Below are positions 13,771-31,659 of a DNA stretch of 64,000 nt, in pieces. A model generated the notes under the pieces. It did no database searches. It saw nothing but the letters and a program-made list of their open reading frames with translations, and had not been told where the DNA came from. The translations under genes and the position numbers were made by a program. The DNA is from the human T2T-CHM13v2.0 reference genome, Homo sapiens. Location of the stretch: the NCBI RefSeq assembly GCF_009914755.1, contig NC_060937.1; one strand, given 5' to 3'. Every line of letters starts with the position of its first letter. Position 1 is the stretch's first letter.

Positions 13771-15617
13771 CTCTTCTCTAAGTCAATCTGACCTCTTTCC
13801 AGAGAAAGAATTGAAATTCAGTGGCTAAGCAATTAGAATACAATGTGTGTATTTTAGAATATGTCCTTACATATCAACAGGAAGGAAGAATCCAGGTCAT
13901 TCTTTGAATATTTTTAACTTCTGGAGAATGATTTTTTAATGAATCACCCAAATATATCAGGTGAATGTTTTTTAAAGCCAAATTTCCCAGATAATATTCC
14001 CAAATATTTAAATTTCTTACTTGAGGGAGGCTCAGCCTTAGTGTCTAATGGAGTTCGATTACAGAGTCATTTCCATGTTGAATATGGTGGAGATGGCGCC
14101 ATCTCCACAGAGCTCTGTGACTGCTGTGCGACTCCAGATGAATGGTACAAGAGCCCTCCTAATCCTTGTAGGCCCTCTGCCTAATTCCCTCACGCAAATT
14201 AAAGAGAAGAGAGGTTTCCAGATTTCATTTATCAGGAAAGTGCATTCTTCTAGCGGAAGGAATCAGCAAGAAGAGGCTCACACGTCTTTAGTGTCTGCTG
14301 AATAATCAGTGGCTCATGGCCACTTGGAATCCCACCAGACTAAATGCGAACTGGCACTTCCCTTCAAAAAGTGGAATGTTATGGATCAAAATGTGACCCA
14401 GTGAAAATAAAACAGCTTTGGACTTAAATAATAATTAATTAATTAATAAAACAGAAAGCACCCTTGGGTGTACAGATTTAGCTGCCAAAAACCTCCCTAC
14501 ATGACTCAGACTTAGTGGACATTGTTTGAATTCTGCTATGAAATTCAAGAAACCAGACAGGTCGGTGAAATGAGCTAGTATCTGAACATCAAGGGAAAAA
14601 CTTTTTTTTGAAACCTGAAAACCAAATGCTGGTAAATGGTTTGCCTCCAAACCCAGAAGAAAGATTATTCCTCTTAATTCACATACGCCTTTCAGTAATG
14701 CTTGTACTTACATGAGACTTACAAGTGGGTATTTGGAACTCCATGGTGTTTTAAATGTGGAGGTCATCTATGAAGTTAGGAGCTCCACAGTCCTTTCAAT
14801 GTGGGAGTTTCAAGAGCAGGATCTACATCTGCCATGGAAATTGTAACCACCATGTCTGATTATCATCTGGCCACAAGTGTCTTAAAATTCTGTTCATTGT
14901 AATTGATTTCATCAGCAGAGCTTGTAACTGTCTTCCAGAGTTAAGCTCCACTGGCTGCTCCAGGAGACTTTGTCAGCACTTTGAGCCATTTCTAGTTGGA
15001 TTGGCGGGAGGTCATGTGAGCTTCCTTCCTATAGAAGAGAGCTTCTAACTGAAGCTGGAGCTCAACTCCCCAAGACCCCCCTGGAAACCTGGAAAATACT
15101 GACATCTCCTGAGCACACCAGAAGAACCTGCCTGTCTTCTCACGCCCAGCCCGTCCTTACTCAAGAAGCATGTGGATTGAGCAAACGTTCAAATTTTCAA
15201 TCCTATGCATTAAACTGAAACAATTAACAAAGAATCCTACTAGAAATCCTACTTTATTTGTGATCAGAACTTGTAGTTGAGTCATCAACAAGTTCACCAA
15301 ACAACCCAGCCAGACTGGATCAAGATGGGGAGGAGCTCCTTCCTCCTCCACCCTTCATAATATAATAGGTTATCAGGAGAGCCTTTTTTTGAATACAGAG
15401 TGATGAGATTACATAACTCTTAAGGGCCCTCCCTACCCTGCCATCCTATGTCTTTTGATTACGATTAATACATTTCCACATTGTGCTCGGTTCATGAATC
15501 TGCCACTCAACTAAAACGCTGTCCCTGATCTCCCCCAGTGATGTCCTCAACACTTGATTTTGGGAAGCCCTTATCATAAATAACTGCTGGAAGCTCCAAG
15601 GCTCAAAAATAAGGAGG

Positions 15618-15618
<1 letters not shown>

Positions 15619-15667
<49 letters not shown>

Positions 15668-15682
15668 CTCTCTCTCTCTCTC
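15619..15682. repeat. (CA)n(TC)n microsatellite
   Basis: About 22 CA units followed by a TC run. Confidence 0.95.
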
Positions 15683-15836
15683 AAGTTTTAACCAAGTTGA
15701 ACTCAAATTTTCTGATGTACTAGGATTTAACTGTCTTATATTAAATAATAATGTTTTAATTTTGATATTAAAGTATTTACACCTGTATAAGTTATAGCTT
15801 GCCAATAGCCATTTCCAAGCAACACATAAGAAAGAA

Positions 15837-16175
<339 letters not shown>

Positions 16176-16804
16176 TCAATAAATCTAATCTTGGTCAATT
16201 CATGGTAACCAAAGTTGGTATTTTGGTCTTAGTTTTCTTCCAGCATAGAAAGACAAAGGTCAAAAAATAATCTTTCTGTAGTCATTCTTGGTTGAAAGTA
16301 CCTTCTGAATTTCTCTCTTATTAATATGTTGCCCTTTATTATGTGTCAGAAATAGAAATGGTAGAGGGCTGGAATGTGATCTTGATATACAACTGTCCTG
16401 CTCTTTCTACTAACTGCTGAATTATTATCATTTTACAAAAATTACATCTGAAAGAGAGAAATGTGTGTTTAAATTGCCTGGTTTCCAATGAATAACCTTT
16501 GCTAAAGTGATTAGTAGTTTCTCCAAGCAATGAGCTTGAAAATACTCATTTCCAAAGATCTGTAATCCTTTCATTCTACCTCTGCTGTTGTCACACACTG
16601 AACAGAAAACACAAGGAGAAAGTCAACAATACGTGGAAAGCATTCTGCTTTTCTGGGTTTCAGGACGGAAGGAGCTGGTGGGGAAGGGAAAACAAAAAAC
16701 AGCAACCCACCAACCAACAAGTAACTCTGGGGAAAAAAGCAGTGGAGGATGGGGCGAGATGAAGATACCGTTGAAGAGTTAATTCCTGAGTGGTGCCTCT
16801 ATAG

Positions 16805-17131
<327 letters not shown>

Positions 17132-17824
17132 GCCTGTATACATTAATTGCATGATTGCCCCTCCTTAGGCACATTTAACTTCAGGAAGTGACTTAGACAC
17201 AGGGAAGAATAGGCCACGATATTTCATCCAATGCAGCAAAAACAAATTACCTCAGGCTCAGGAACTCTGAGACCATATTTTAAAGCTTGTGCTGCTTGGA
17301 GGGAAAGGAAATTGCTTTCTCAGGGGATGACGGTGCCGGGGAGTGGCTGGCTGGCTCCTCACCCATTCACACTCACCTTGTGAGGGCACCTTAGAAAAGC
17401 CAGACTGGCAGTCCCCAGGCACAGCCTCCTTGCATGTGAAGGTGACTTTATGCCAGTGCCGTGAGGTAGACTTTCTTTTGTTTTGTTTTTGGTCAGACTA
17501 AAGACAAGGATGACTTTAATATCTGCTCAGAATCCCTGGGAAGGCTTTGGGGGCAGTTTTTTTGCCAGCTTTTGTATAAGCGGACTTGAAGATGGGGTCT
17601 AATAGAAGGTGGGTGGATTTCAAATGGCTCTGAAAATCCACTCACATTCCGCCTTGTAACATTTAAGAGCAGTCCCCACTAGGTTGTTTTGTTCTCCCTG
17701 TGTTCCAAGGGGAGCCTTCCTTGGATCTGAGACAGAAAGCCACCCTGTATGCTCCTTTCTCTTGCCCTTCTGGTCTTTAATTCTAACCAAGTCTGTGCCA
17801 GGTGGGTGGAGAAGGGCAGAAAGT

Positions 17825-17955
17825 TATTGTGGTTAAGATCAGGGACTCTGAAACTAACTGCCTGGGTTCAAACCTTGGCTCTAACACCTATGGTTGTGTT
17901 ATCTTAGTCTAGGGACTTAACTCTCTGTGCCTCAGTTCTCCCATTCATAAAACAG
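17825..17955 (+). mobile_element. MIR
   Basis: GTGGTTAAGA...CCTGGGTTCAAA...ACTTAACTCTCTGTGCCTCAGTT MIR core. Confidence 0.8.
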
Positions 17956-17957
17956 AC

Positions 17958-19210
17958 TCATTCATTCATTCATTCATTCGTTCGTTCATTTGTTCATTTT
18001 TACAGGCATTTATTGAGTACTGTACACAGTGAGATGATAAGACACACAAAGTCTCTGCTCTCAAGGAGTTTCCATGAGAGCAGGGAGAAAGACAATAAAT
18101 AGGCAAATTAGGATGTATCAGACAGTGGTAAGTGCAAAGAAAAGAAATAAAATAGATTTATGTGGTAGAGTGAGGAGATGGCTGCTCAGCAGAGGCCTCT
18201 GAGGGAGCAAGATCGACAAGGAGTCAGCCATGGAAAGGTCATGGAGAAGAGCATTCCAGGCAGAAGGAACAGAAGCGTGAACCCTGAGGCAAAATGAGCT
18301 TCACATGTTCAAATCAGAGACAGGCCAGTGTGGCTGGACCATTGTGGGCAAGCAGGAGAGGGGATGAAGTCAGCCAGGAGAAGGAGATTGTAGTGTTTGG
18401 TGGACAAGGGCATTTTATTCTGGATACAGTGGCAGTCCCTGAAACATTTTAAGCAAGAGAAGGATGTGATCTGATTTACCGTGACTGTGTAGTGTGGAGA
18501 ATGGATTGGGGCAGGGCAAGAATGGGGGCAGAGAGACTGTTCAGATTGCTGCTGCAGTGACCAGGTAAGAGGGCAGCAGAGCTGGAGAGAAGTGACTAGA
18601 AGCTGGTTTTACTTGGGAGGAAGAGGCAAGAGCACTTGTTATTGGAGATTTGGAGAAAGAGACTAAAAGAATGGATAACTCCTAGAATTTTGGCCTGAGC
18701 AACCAAATACTGTAGATGATAGAATCATTCACAAAAATGAGAAGGATGGGGCAAGAGCAGGTCCAAGAGTAGGTGGGGGATGAATGAAAGGTTCTGTTTG
18801 GGACATGATGCTTGAGGTGCGTATTAGATGTGTAAGTAAAGAGAGATGTCAGGCAGAGCATGGGATCCGTGAGACTGAGTTCTGGGAAAACGTTAGGGCG
18901 GGTGACTTGAGAACTGCAGGAATATGTGTGGCATTTAAAGCTGTGGGACTGAATGAGGTCAGCTGGGAAGGGATGCAGAGGGAGAAGATTAGGAGACACA
19001 GTAGAGGTTGAGGGGAGCAGGCAAAGCAGCCACAGAGACTGAGTAGGACAGTTGGAGAGGCAGGAGGAAAAACAGAAGGGTGTGGTGCCATCTAAGCCAA
19101 GGGAAGAGTTTCAGGAAGGAGGGAGCGTGGCCTGTGTGAAAGGCTGCAGAGAGCTGAGCAATGCAAGGATTTGCCAGTTAGAGGTTGACTGCGATCCAGA
19201 GAGCAGCCTC
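17958..19210 (-). mobile_element. L2 (L2a-like)
   Basis: (CATT)n end, CATTTATTGAGTAC, AGCATTCCAGGCAGAAGGAAC, TTTTGGCCTGAGCAAC. Confidence 0.8.
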
Positions 19211-19549
19211 TGCGGAGCCATGAGGACGCTGGCCTCAGGCAAGGCGAATTCAGGCTTTGTGGGAGCTGAAGTCTCTACAATTTTCTTATTTCAAAAAAAG
19301 TAATACCTTCAGGGAAAACAGAGCATGAAAACAAAACATAAAAATAAAAATACATATGTTAAGATATTTTTAAAATAAAAATACAAAAATCCTGTGTGAA
19401 TACAAATATGTATCTAGATTACAAAATCTAAATACACAATTAATACAAAATCCTGTGTGAATACAAATATTTATTTAAATTACAAAATATTTATTTAGAT
19501 TACAGAAATTACAAAATAAATTATACATTTTTTTAAGTCTGACAAATTT

Positions 19550-19874
<325 letters not shown>

Positions 19875-19901
19875 CTACATACAACAAAATACAGAAAAAT
19901 A

Positions 19902-20220
19902 GGCTAGCTGAGGTAGCTCATGCCTGTAATCCCAGCACTTTGGGTGGCCGAGGTGGGAGGATCACCTGAGCCCAGGAGTTCAAGACCAGCCTGGACGACA
20001 TAGCAAGATCCTGTCTCTACAAAAAAAAAAATTAAAAATTGGTGGTACATGGGAACACACACCTGTGATCCCAGCTACTCTGGGGGCTGAGGTGAAAAGA
20101 TGCTTGAGCCCAGATGTTCAAAGCTGCAGTAAACCATGACATGCCACTGTACTCCAGCCTGGTGTCAGAGCAAGACCCTGTTTTGGAAAAAAAAAAAAAA
20201 AAAAAAGAAAGAAAAAAAAC
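19902..20220 (+). mobile_element. AluJ
   Basis: TSD CAGAAAAATA. Confidence 0.9.
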
Positions 20221-20794
20221 CCAGAAAAATACTATTTACATTAATTAACTGCCAGATGCACCATTATAATTTTTTCTATTTTTGTCTGTATTTTTTATCA
20301 TTCTTTTTTGACAATGACTTTATCATATTTTCTATTAAAAAAACAAGATAATTTTATCTTGCCTCTAGCATGGATGCTAGAAATTTGCATTTTTATTATC
20401 GACAGTTTAGAAGAGTTTGTTTCAGCTTCACAATTTGATGAGGTGATGCAAATTTTTAGAATAATAGGAATTTGGGAAACTCTCTACCAAGTTTTTTTTT
20501 TTCAACAGAAGAGCTCTAAGAATGCAAGGTATTTCAAATTTTCTTGAGTAGTGACTAGTCTTAAATATTTGAATTGATTGATTCTATTAAAATTGAATTA
20601 AGTAGTTGTTGATTCCCTCATTATAGTGATGGCATATATAAAATGTGATTTTATGTACAGTAATATTTACTGTTTGTAGAGCACATTTATGCCCAATTAC
20701 AGAAATTCTAATATATTCTATTTTTGTTTGATTCCTATAATAAACAATGCTGTTTCTATGATTAATTAATTATCTTAATTTTTTATTTATTAAA

Positions 20795-21087
<293 letters not shown>

Positions 21088-22317
21088 TGATAAATTTAAA
21101 ATCAATATGTTTGTTGCATTATCAAGCTAAGAACTTACATTTAGTCAGTAAGAACTGACTTTTCCCTTAACCGTTTCATGCCTGACTATGTGGAAAAAAT
21201 TTCCAGAGACTAGCTTCTGGCTTCACATATCTAAAGTTGTTTCCCAAACTTATCATGGCCTCATACTTTTATCTAATGACTCAAGTCAAGTCAGAAGTGT
21301 GAGAATTCCTGGAAGCCATTTCTACTCGGATGGGTTGCATTAATTACACCCAAATTTATACCCATGTGAAAATACATTCCACTAATGGCAGACTAAATGT
21401 ATCCCCCAACTTCTAATTAGCTGGATCCCCCAAATGCCCTCAGTCACTCCAAGGCTGTCTGACACAAGGGAAGTGTGACAGAAGGAAAGAGACTGTAGTC
21501 TTAACCAATTATGGTTAAAATATCTCACTTTTACCTATTTTACCAAAGAAAAAAAAAAAGTTCATGTGAGCCCATTGCCAGCCACTCTTCCCTTTCTCCC
21601 AGGGCCTTGGAAGAGTTCTGTGCAGGAGAGGGGCCCTGAAGTTCACTGGCCTTAGAGGGATTCCAAGTTTGGTTGTGTACCAAGCGACTCCTAGAGGCAC
21701 GCTTTATATGATGCATAACTTGCACAGCCATTTGTGGTAGCCCTGTGTAATGGGAAGCAGAGAAATGGGGCATTAGCTGGAGGATGTGAGGTCAAAGGCA
21801 AGTTTTATATTAGAATGACATTAAACATATTTGATAACTTGCATGGCATGAGTATTGACAAATCAAAATGGAAGCTCACTCAAAGGAACAGACACTGGTG
21901 TCTGAGGCCATATCGATGTGAACTCCTTGACTCCTGGGCATGGTTTGGAGATGTGAAACAGCGGAGAGTGTTCCAAAACATTTGGAAATGAAACAATAGA
22001 AAAGGAGAAACTGGTGATGATATAGGGGAAGGAATAATATTAAGTCAAAGTCTTTCGGAAGGCAAGAAGGCATGGGATCCAGAGGGTAGGTGAAGAGGTT
22101 GGCCTTAAATGATTGCAAGACACTTCCCGCTTTGTAACAGGAGCAAATGTGAAACAGGGGCCTGCTGTGTCCAGGGGAAGATCCTGTCTGCATGGGCAGC
22201 TTACCTGGGGATTATCCGAAGCAGCAAGCCATGGGGCTATGACATATAGACTCCTTGTTTTGTAATCCAAGAGCTTGTACAAGGGAATATATTTGAAATG
22301 ACTGATTATTTCATTGG

Positions 22318-22560
22318 TGTGACGGTTAATTTTGTGTGTCAGTTTGCCTAGGCTAAAGTACACAGTTGTTTAACCAAACACTAATGTAGGTATTGTTATG
22401 AAGGTATTTTGTAGATGTGACATTAACATCTACAATCAGTTGACTTTAAGTACAGGAGATTACCCTTGATAATGCAGATGGGGCTCATCCAATCATCTGA
22501 AGGCCTTAAGAGGAAAAACTGAAGTCTGGAAGCAGAGTTTCTTTTTTTCCAGGAAACTTC
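22318..22560 (+). mobile_element. MLT2 (MLT2D-like) ERVL LTR, 5' part
   Basis: TGTGACGGTTAATTTTGTGTGTCA...AACACTAAT...GAAGGTATTTTGTAGATGTG...ACAATCAGTTGACTTTAAG. Confidence 0.85.
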
Positions 22561-22563
22561 AGG

Positions 22564-23074
<511 letters not shown>

Positions 23075-23262
23075 TAGAATTCACTGCAGCCACAGGTGGA
23101 ATGTCAAGTACTGCTTGTTAGTAGGAGTATAGAAATTGAACTCTTCCCCACTACCACCTGGAGGCTCAACTGGAGAGGCTAAACCAGTTAGGCTCAATCA
23201 AAATCTCTGAAATGTGATACAAATCAAAGATAAGAAGAGTCTTCTTTGCAATTCTATTATAT

Positions 23263-23483
23263 CAGGGTTTCCCAAGCTCACACTATTGACATTTGGAGCC
23301 AAGTAGTTTTTGGAGTTCTTTTGTTTTTTCTTTGTTTTTGGTTGGGATCTGAATCGTGCATTGCAGGATGTTTAGCAGCCTCCTGTCCTCTACCCACTAC
23401 ATGCCAGGAGACAATCAAAAGCATCTCCAGACATTGCCAAATGTTCTCCTGGGGGCCAAAATTGTCCTGGTTGAGAACCACTG
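23263..23483 (-). mobile_element. MER20 (hAT-Charlie)
   Basis: Termini CAGGGTTTC... and ...TTGAGAACCACTG; internal CTCCAGACATTGCCAAATG. Confidence 0.88.
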
Positions 23484-23946
23484 TGTTACACTAAGTGTGT
23501 GTGATACTTGGGGTGGATCTTTTTCTGCTGTGAATTTGTGGTCCAGGATTATTTGCATTTATCCCAGGAGATGGTTTGGTTTTTGCTCATTGACTTTTAT
23601 GTCTGTGAGAAGTTATGCAGGGATGAAGATGTCATGACATCTCCTCACCCTCCTTGCACCCCACTTCTGATGAAGTTCTATCCATGCAGCCAGAGACTTC
23701 AGAACACTGAAAAACTCAACTCTTGGGAGGCAATACTCCGCAGGACCCATTATGTCCACAGAAACCTGAAGAGTGAGGAGGGTTGAGTGTGAAAGCTCTT
23801 AACTAATGGATTGTTAGAACTGAGTTGTGAAAGTTGAAGTAATCAGTTTTTATTTTAAATGACGAAAGCAGGTACTATTTTAGGCAGAGAGTACATTTAA
23901 CAAACTTGTTGCTTCAAGAAGTTGGTACAAGTTGAAAATAAAATTA

Positions 23947-25185
<1,239 letters not shown>

Positions 25186-25414
25186 AGGCAACATCAGAAT
25201 CCTAGAATTGGAAGAGTCCCCTGAGAATTGTGTGGCCCAAACTTCAAGTCTGGCAGCTGAGAAATTTTAAGGGTATTGTCCAAGAAATTGTCTTTAAAAA
25301 TAAATTTGAAGCAGGTTTCTCTCTTGCTTAGAACCCAAAGAGACTTGAGAAGGACAGCTGGCATTAAAAACCTTATGATCCCCAGGACAGGGTGGCACAG
25401 ACCATGTCAGCAGT

Positions 25415-26010
<596 letters not shown>

Positions 26011-26419
26011 AAATATTTACTGAGGGCCTACTCTGTGCAAGGCACTTTTCTAGGTGCAGAGGGTACATCAGGAACTAAACAGACAAAAAAAAAAAAAAAA
26101 GAAAAAGAAAAAGCCCTGGCTCCATGGAACTTAACCTCTAATATAAGTCCTTCCTAGATAGTACGTTTTAAAAGCTGTGTTGTCAAACTAGTGCACATTT
26201 AGAAATCAAAACCAGTTTTCATAAGGAATCGTTGAATAAACTGAGCATTTTCACCTTTAGAAAGAGAAGATTGAGAGGGAACATGATAACTGGCTTCAAA
26301 AGCTGTTTGGAACGGAGAGTCGTTTCATTCTCCACTGCTCCCAAGAGCAGAGCTCGTATTAAAGGGTAAACGTCACAGAGAGGTGGATTTGGGCTCCCGT
26401 AAAAGGAAGACCGAAAATT

Positions 26420-26640
26420 CACATTATTGTCTGTCTACTCAGTAGCAGGCATTCTGCTGGGTATTTTCACCTATCTTATCTCATTCAGTCCTCACAATAT
26501 CCCTACAAGGTGCAACAATTAGCCCTATTTTTAAAGAAGAGAAAATGGAGGCTTAGCAAGGTTATGTAACTACCCTAAGGTCACACACCTCCTCAACGGC
26601 GAAGGCAACAGTCAGACCTTGCCTTGGCAGACTCTAGACT
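26420..26640 (-). mobile_element. MIR
   Basis: TTATCTCATTCAGTCCTCACAAT...AAATGGAGGCTTAG...AAGGTCACAC. Confidence 0.7.
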
Positions 26641-27144
26641 TCACAATCCTGACACTGTGCCTGCCGTGCTGTCTTTCCAACATTAATGCTTTCCAAAATG
26701 TGCACACTTGTGGAGGGGAAGACTGCTTGGGATGTAAAGGTAGACTGGGAACCCAAAGTTTCTTTCCAGAAATACATTATTTGACACTTCCCAAAGTACT
26801 TTCACACTGTAATATTTCATCTGGCTCACCGGCAACTCAATGAATAGGATTAAATAAGTAAAATAACATTATTAATAATCCATAGGTTGTGTGAATCTGA
26901 TGAGATGATCTATGTGCAGAATCTAGCGCATCATATCAGCAGTAGTTAGCAAATACTTCCTGAGAACCTGCTTTGTGCCAGGTACTGTGAATGTGACCCC
27001 AGCCTGGTCTTCATGGAACTTACAGTTTTGTCTGATAAGGAAGGGGCACTTCATAAGATGTGAGGTCCAACCCATTTCTCCCATCCCCAAGCCCACATTT
27101 CCTCTATGTGGGGCAAGTTCTGCTCCACACTGAATACTCATCTA

Positions 27145-27477
<333 letters not shown>

Positions 27478-28045
27478 CTATGTGCCAGGCACTGCTCTAG
27501 GAATTGGAAATAAAGCAGTGAACAAAATGGACAAAAATCCCTACTTTGTGGTGCTTGCTTTGGTGATTACAGTAAACAAATATAGATAGAATGTATGTTA
27601 TGTTTGAAAGTGAAAAGTGCTATGAAGAAGGAGAAAGCCTGGAAAGGAAATAGGAAATCCTGGGGATTTGGGAGGTTGAAATTTTCAGTAGGCGTTAGGA
27701 AGGGCCTCACTGTGAAGGCGGCATCTCAGCATTGACATTGAGCAGATGGGGTGGTGAGCCATGCAGACACTGGAGAAAGTGAATTTGAGGCCAAGAAAGT
27801 GCAAATGTGGGGAAGGGAGGGCGTGCTTGGTGTTTGAGCAGCAGCAAGAAGGGCAGCAGGGAGATGAGGCCGGAAAATAAAAAAAGGAAAAGGGAATCCT
27901 AGTTACCTTCCAGTGTAGGGCATGTGGGCATTGTGAAGATGTAGATTTGCACTGAGTAAGATGAGAAGTCATTGCAGGTCTGCCTGCTGTGTTGAAAATA
28001 GGAAGGGGAACAAGTGTGCAGTGGGGACACCAGTTTGGGAGGCTG

Positions 28046-28542
28046 CTGCAGACAGAAATGGTTTCCTAAAATGTCCGTGCCCTGATCCCTGAAACTTGTG
28101 AATATGTTACATTCCATGACCAAAGGCACCTTGCAGATGTAGTTAAAGTTATGGACTTGAAAATAGGGAGATTTTCCTGGCTTGCTGAAATGGGCCCAAT
28201 TTCAACCTCCCAAATCCCCAAGAACTTTCAAAAGCAGAGAGTTTTCTCTGGCAGAAGAAAGAGTCCAAGAGACATAAAGCATGAGAGAGACTTGATTTTC
28301 TCTTGTTGAAGGGGGCCACATGGAAACCACTAGAAGGAGCTGAATGTCGCCAGCAATCTGAAGAAAACTGGAAGTGGGTTCTCCGAAGAGCCTCCAGATA
28401 AGAGCTCAAGCCAGTCTGTGAGACTCAGCATAAGTCCTAGCCAAGTCCCCTGGCTTCTGACCTATAGAACTGTGAGATAATTAAGGGATATTGTTGCTAA
28501 ATGTGTGATAGTTTGTTAGGGCAGCAATAGAAAATAAACACA
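28046..28542 (+). mobile_element. MLT1 (D/E-type) LTR
   Basis: TGTGAATATGTTAC...TTGCAGATGT; end GCAGCAATAGAAAATAAACACA. Confidence 0.75.
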
Positions 28543-28883
28543 GAGTTGTTGCAATATTTGAGGTGGGAGATGATAATGGTTTGGATCTTGGACATATTTT
28601 GAAGCTAGATTCCAGAGGATTTCCTACTGGGTAGAATGTAAGTTGTTAGGGAAAGAGAGGAGTCCATGATGACGCCAAGGTTTTTGCCCTGAGCAACTGA
28701 AAGGATGAAGGTGCCATTTGCTGAGATGAGAAGGATTATGGAAGAAACAAATCTGGGTGGGAATATCGGGAGTTTTTGTTCCATATATATAAAGTTTGAG
28801 GCGCCTATAAAACATCCAAGTGGAAATATCTAGGGGGAAGTTGAATAGATAAGTCTAGATATCAGGGGAGAGGTCTAGACTAG

Positions 28884-29210
<327 letters not shown>

Positions 29211-29245
29211 TGAAGATGATTTTTAAAGCCATGAGACTAGATTAT

Positions 29246-30282
29246 TGTGGTAAGCAGAATTCTGACATAACTCCCAATGATACTGCCCTTCTATAATCTC
29301 CTCCCCTCGACTATGGGTGAAATCTGTGAATTATCATATCACTCCTGAGATTATGTTATAGCATATGGCAAAAGGGATTTTGCAGGTACAATTAAGGTTA
29401 TTGTATTAGTCAGCTTGGGCTATTATAACAAAATTTCGCAAACTGGGTGACTTAAACAGTAGAAATTTATTTCCTCACAGTTCTGGAGACTGGCAGTCTG
29501 AGATCAGGGTGGCAGCATGGTCAGGTTCTGATGAGAGCTCTCTTCCTGGCTTGCAGATGGCCACCTTCTCATTGTGTCCTCCCACAGCAAAGAGAAAGAG
29601 AGAGGGCAAGCTCGTTGGCATCAATTTTAAAAGGGCATCAATTCCATAATGAAAGCTTCATCTTCACGACCTCATCTAACTTCAGTTTCCTCCTAAAGGC
29701 CCCATCTCCAATAACCATCATATAGGGGATTAGGGCTTCAATGTATGAAACATTTGGTTCCTAACAGCTACTAATATGTTGATTTCTGAGTTAATTAAAG
29801 GAAATAATCCAAATGGATCTAACTTAATTCCCATGGTCCTTACATATGGCTGCAGGGAGGAGAGACAAAGGAAGAGAGAAATTTGAAGCATAAGGGATCA
29901 CATGCACAAGAAATCTTCCATTGCTGGCTTTAGGGTTGGAGGACAGGGGCCAACCTCAAATGTGAGAATGTGGGCAGCCTCTAGGAGCTGAGAGCAGCTC
30001 CCACCTGACAGCTGGCAGGAAATTGGGGCCTCAGTCCTATAATCTCAAGGAACTGAATTCTGCCCACAACCTGAATGAGCTTGGAAGCACATTCTTCTCC
30101 TGAGCCTCCAGGTGAGAGCTTGGCCTGGCCGACCCCTTGACTTCAGCTTTTGAGAACCTGAGCAGAGGACCTAGTCACACCATACCTGGACTTCTGACCT
30201 GCAGATCTAAGAACTAAAAGTTAATGTCACTTAAGCTACTACATTTGTAGTCATTCATTATGCAGCAATAGAAAACTGATAC
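29246..30282 (+). mobile_element. MLT1E/F LTR with nested MLT1A
   Basis: TGTGGTAAGCAGAATTCT start; GCAGCAATAGAAAACTGATACA end. Confidence 0.75.
29402..29766 (-). mobile_element. MLT1A-type LTR
   Basis: TGTATTAGTC...AGAAATTTATTTCCTCACAGTTCTGGAG...TAACA. Confidence 0.8.
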
Positions 30283-30755
30283 AATCGCCAAGGGAATGAG
30301 TGTAGACAGAGACGAGGAGAGGCCCATGGGCTAAGCCTTGGGCATCCTAATGTTTAAAGCTAATGAAAAGAGGAGAAACCAGAAGAAAAAACAAAAAGAT
30401 AGGAAGGAGAGAACAGGGTGGTAGGAGGAAAGCCGATAGACTGTGAGGTCCGGGAGACCAACTGAAGAAAGTGTTTCTGGAAGGAGAAAGTAATTGTGTA
30501 TGCTAAAGATTACTGATAGGTCAAGTTGGATGTTTCTGTTTTATAGATAGGAAAACAAAAACTCCAGGAAGGCAAATTACTTGTCCAAGGTAACATAAAT
30601 GAACATTCGTAGAACCTGATCTTCTGGCTTCTGGTTTTGTTCTCTTTCATTCACACCATATTGTCTTCACCAATACAACATTTTATTTTATTTTTTATTA
30701 AATTGAATCTAGTTGAGAACAACATATTTTGGCTTCTGTTTGTACGTTTATTTGC

Positions 30756-31116
30756 TGATATGGTTTGGCTGTATCCCCACCCAAATCTCATTTTGAATTG
30801 TAGCTGTCATAATTCCCACGTGTTGTGGGAGGGACCTGGTGGGGGCTAAATGAATCACGGGGGCGGTTTTCCCCATACTGGTCTTGTGGTAGTGAAGTCT
30901 CATGAGAGCTGATGGTTTTATAAGGAGAAACCCCTTTTGCTTGGATCTCATTTGCTCTTTGCCTGCCACCATGTAAGACATGCCTTTCGCCTTCCATCAT
31001 GATTGTGAGGCCTCCCCAGCCACATGGAACTGTGAGTCCATTAAACCAATTTTTTCTTTATAAAATACGCAGTCTTGGCTATGTCTTGATCAGCAGCGTG
31101 AAAATGGACTAATGCA
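30756..31116 (+). mobile_element. THE1 (THE1C-like) solo LTR
   Basis: TGATATGGTTTGGCTG...GGACTAATGCA; perfect TSD TTTGC at 30751-30755 and 31117-31121. Confidence 0.92.
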
Positions 31117-31214
31117 TTTGCCAAGACAAATAAACATGAAAGTTTACTACAGCATGAAAACATTGAAATTATCTGACTGTGGGGCTTACTGGACACTCCT
31201 TTCTCAGGTCTGAA

Positions 31215-31388
31215 CAATGGTTGTCAATCCTGGGTGTGTACCAGAATCATCAGGGGAATATTTTAGAAATATAGGTGCCTGAGTGCTAGTCTTAGAAAAT
31301 TTGAATTCAGTAGGCCTTGAGAGAGCCTTGAGTGTCTATGATGGTTAAAAATCTCACATTGATTCTGATGCTTTGCAGAGCTGGGAAA
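31215..31388. mobile_element. MER5-like hAT MITE
   Basis: CAATGGTTGTCAA...AGAATCA...TTGATTCTGATGC pattern. Confidence 0.55.
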
Positions 31389-31659
31389 AAAAACAGTTGT
31401 AGTGTGTTTTTTGTAATGTGAGTCTAGGGAAAAAGGAAAAAATATCTGACGGGAGAGGCTCCCTACCTAGCTCTTGATTTTGGGGGCAAGAGTGAGTGAA
31501 TTCTGGGTTTTATGAAAAATAGAGGAGAGCAAGAATTAATTGTTGACATGGAGGAATTCCCCATGCACCCTTTTTATAGATTTGAATCTATCTGTTCACC
31601 AAAGTGTTGGAGCAGTGTCTTTATATTGTAAAGTGAATAAATGATTTTCTAGGCTTTAA

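Noticed and set aside
19381-19520. ~62-bp spaced AT-rich direct repeat (ATACAAAATCCTGTGTGAATACAAATAT)
   Set aside because: Local duplication inside a DNA-transposon relic; only two copies, not an array.
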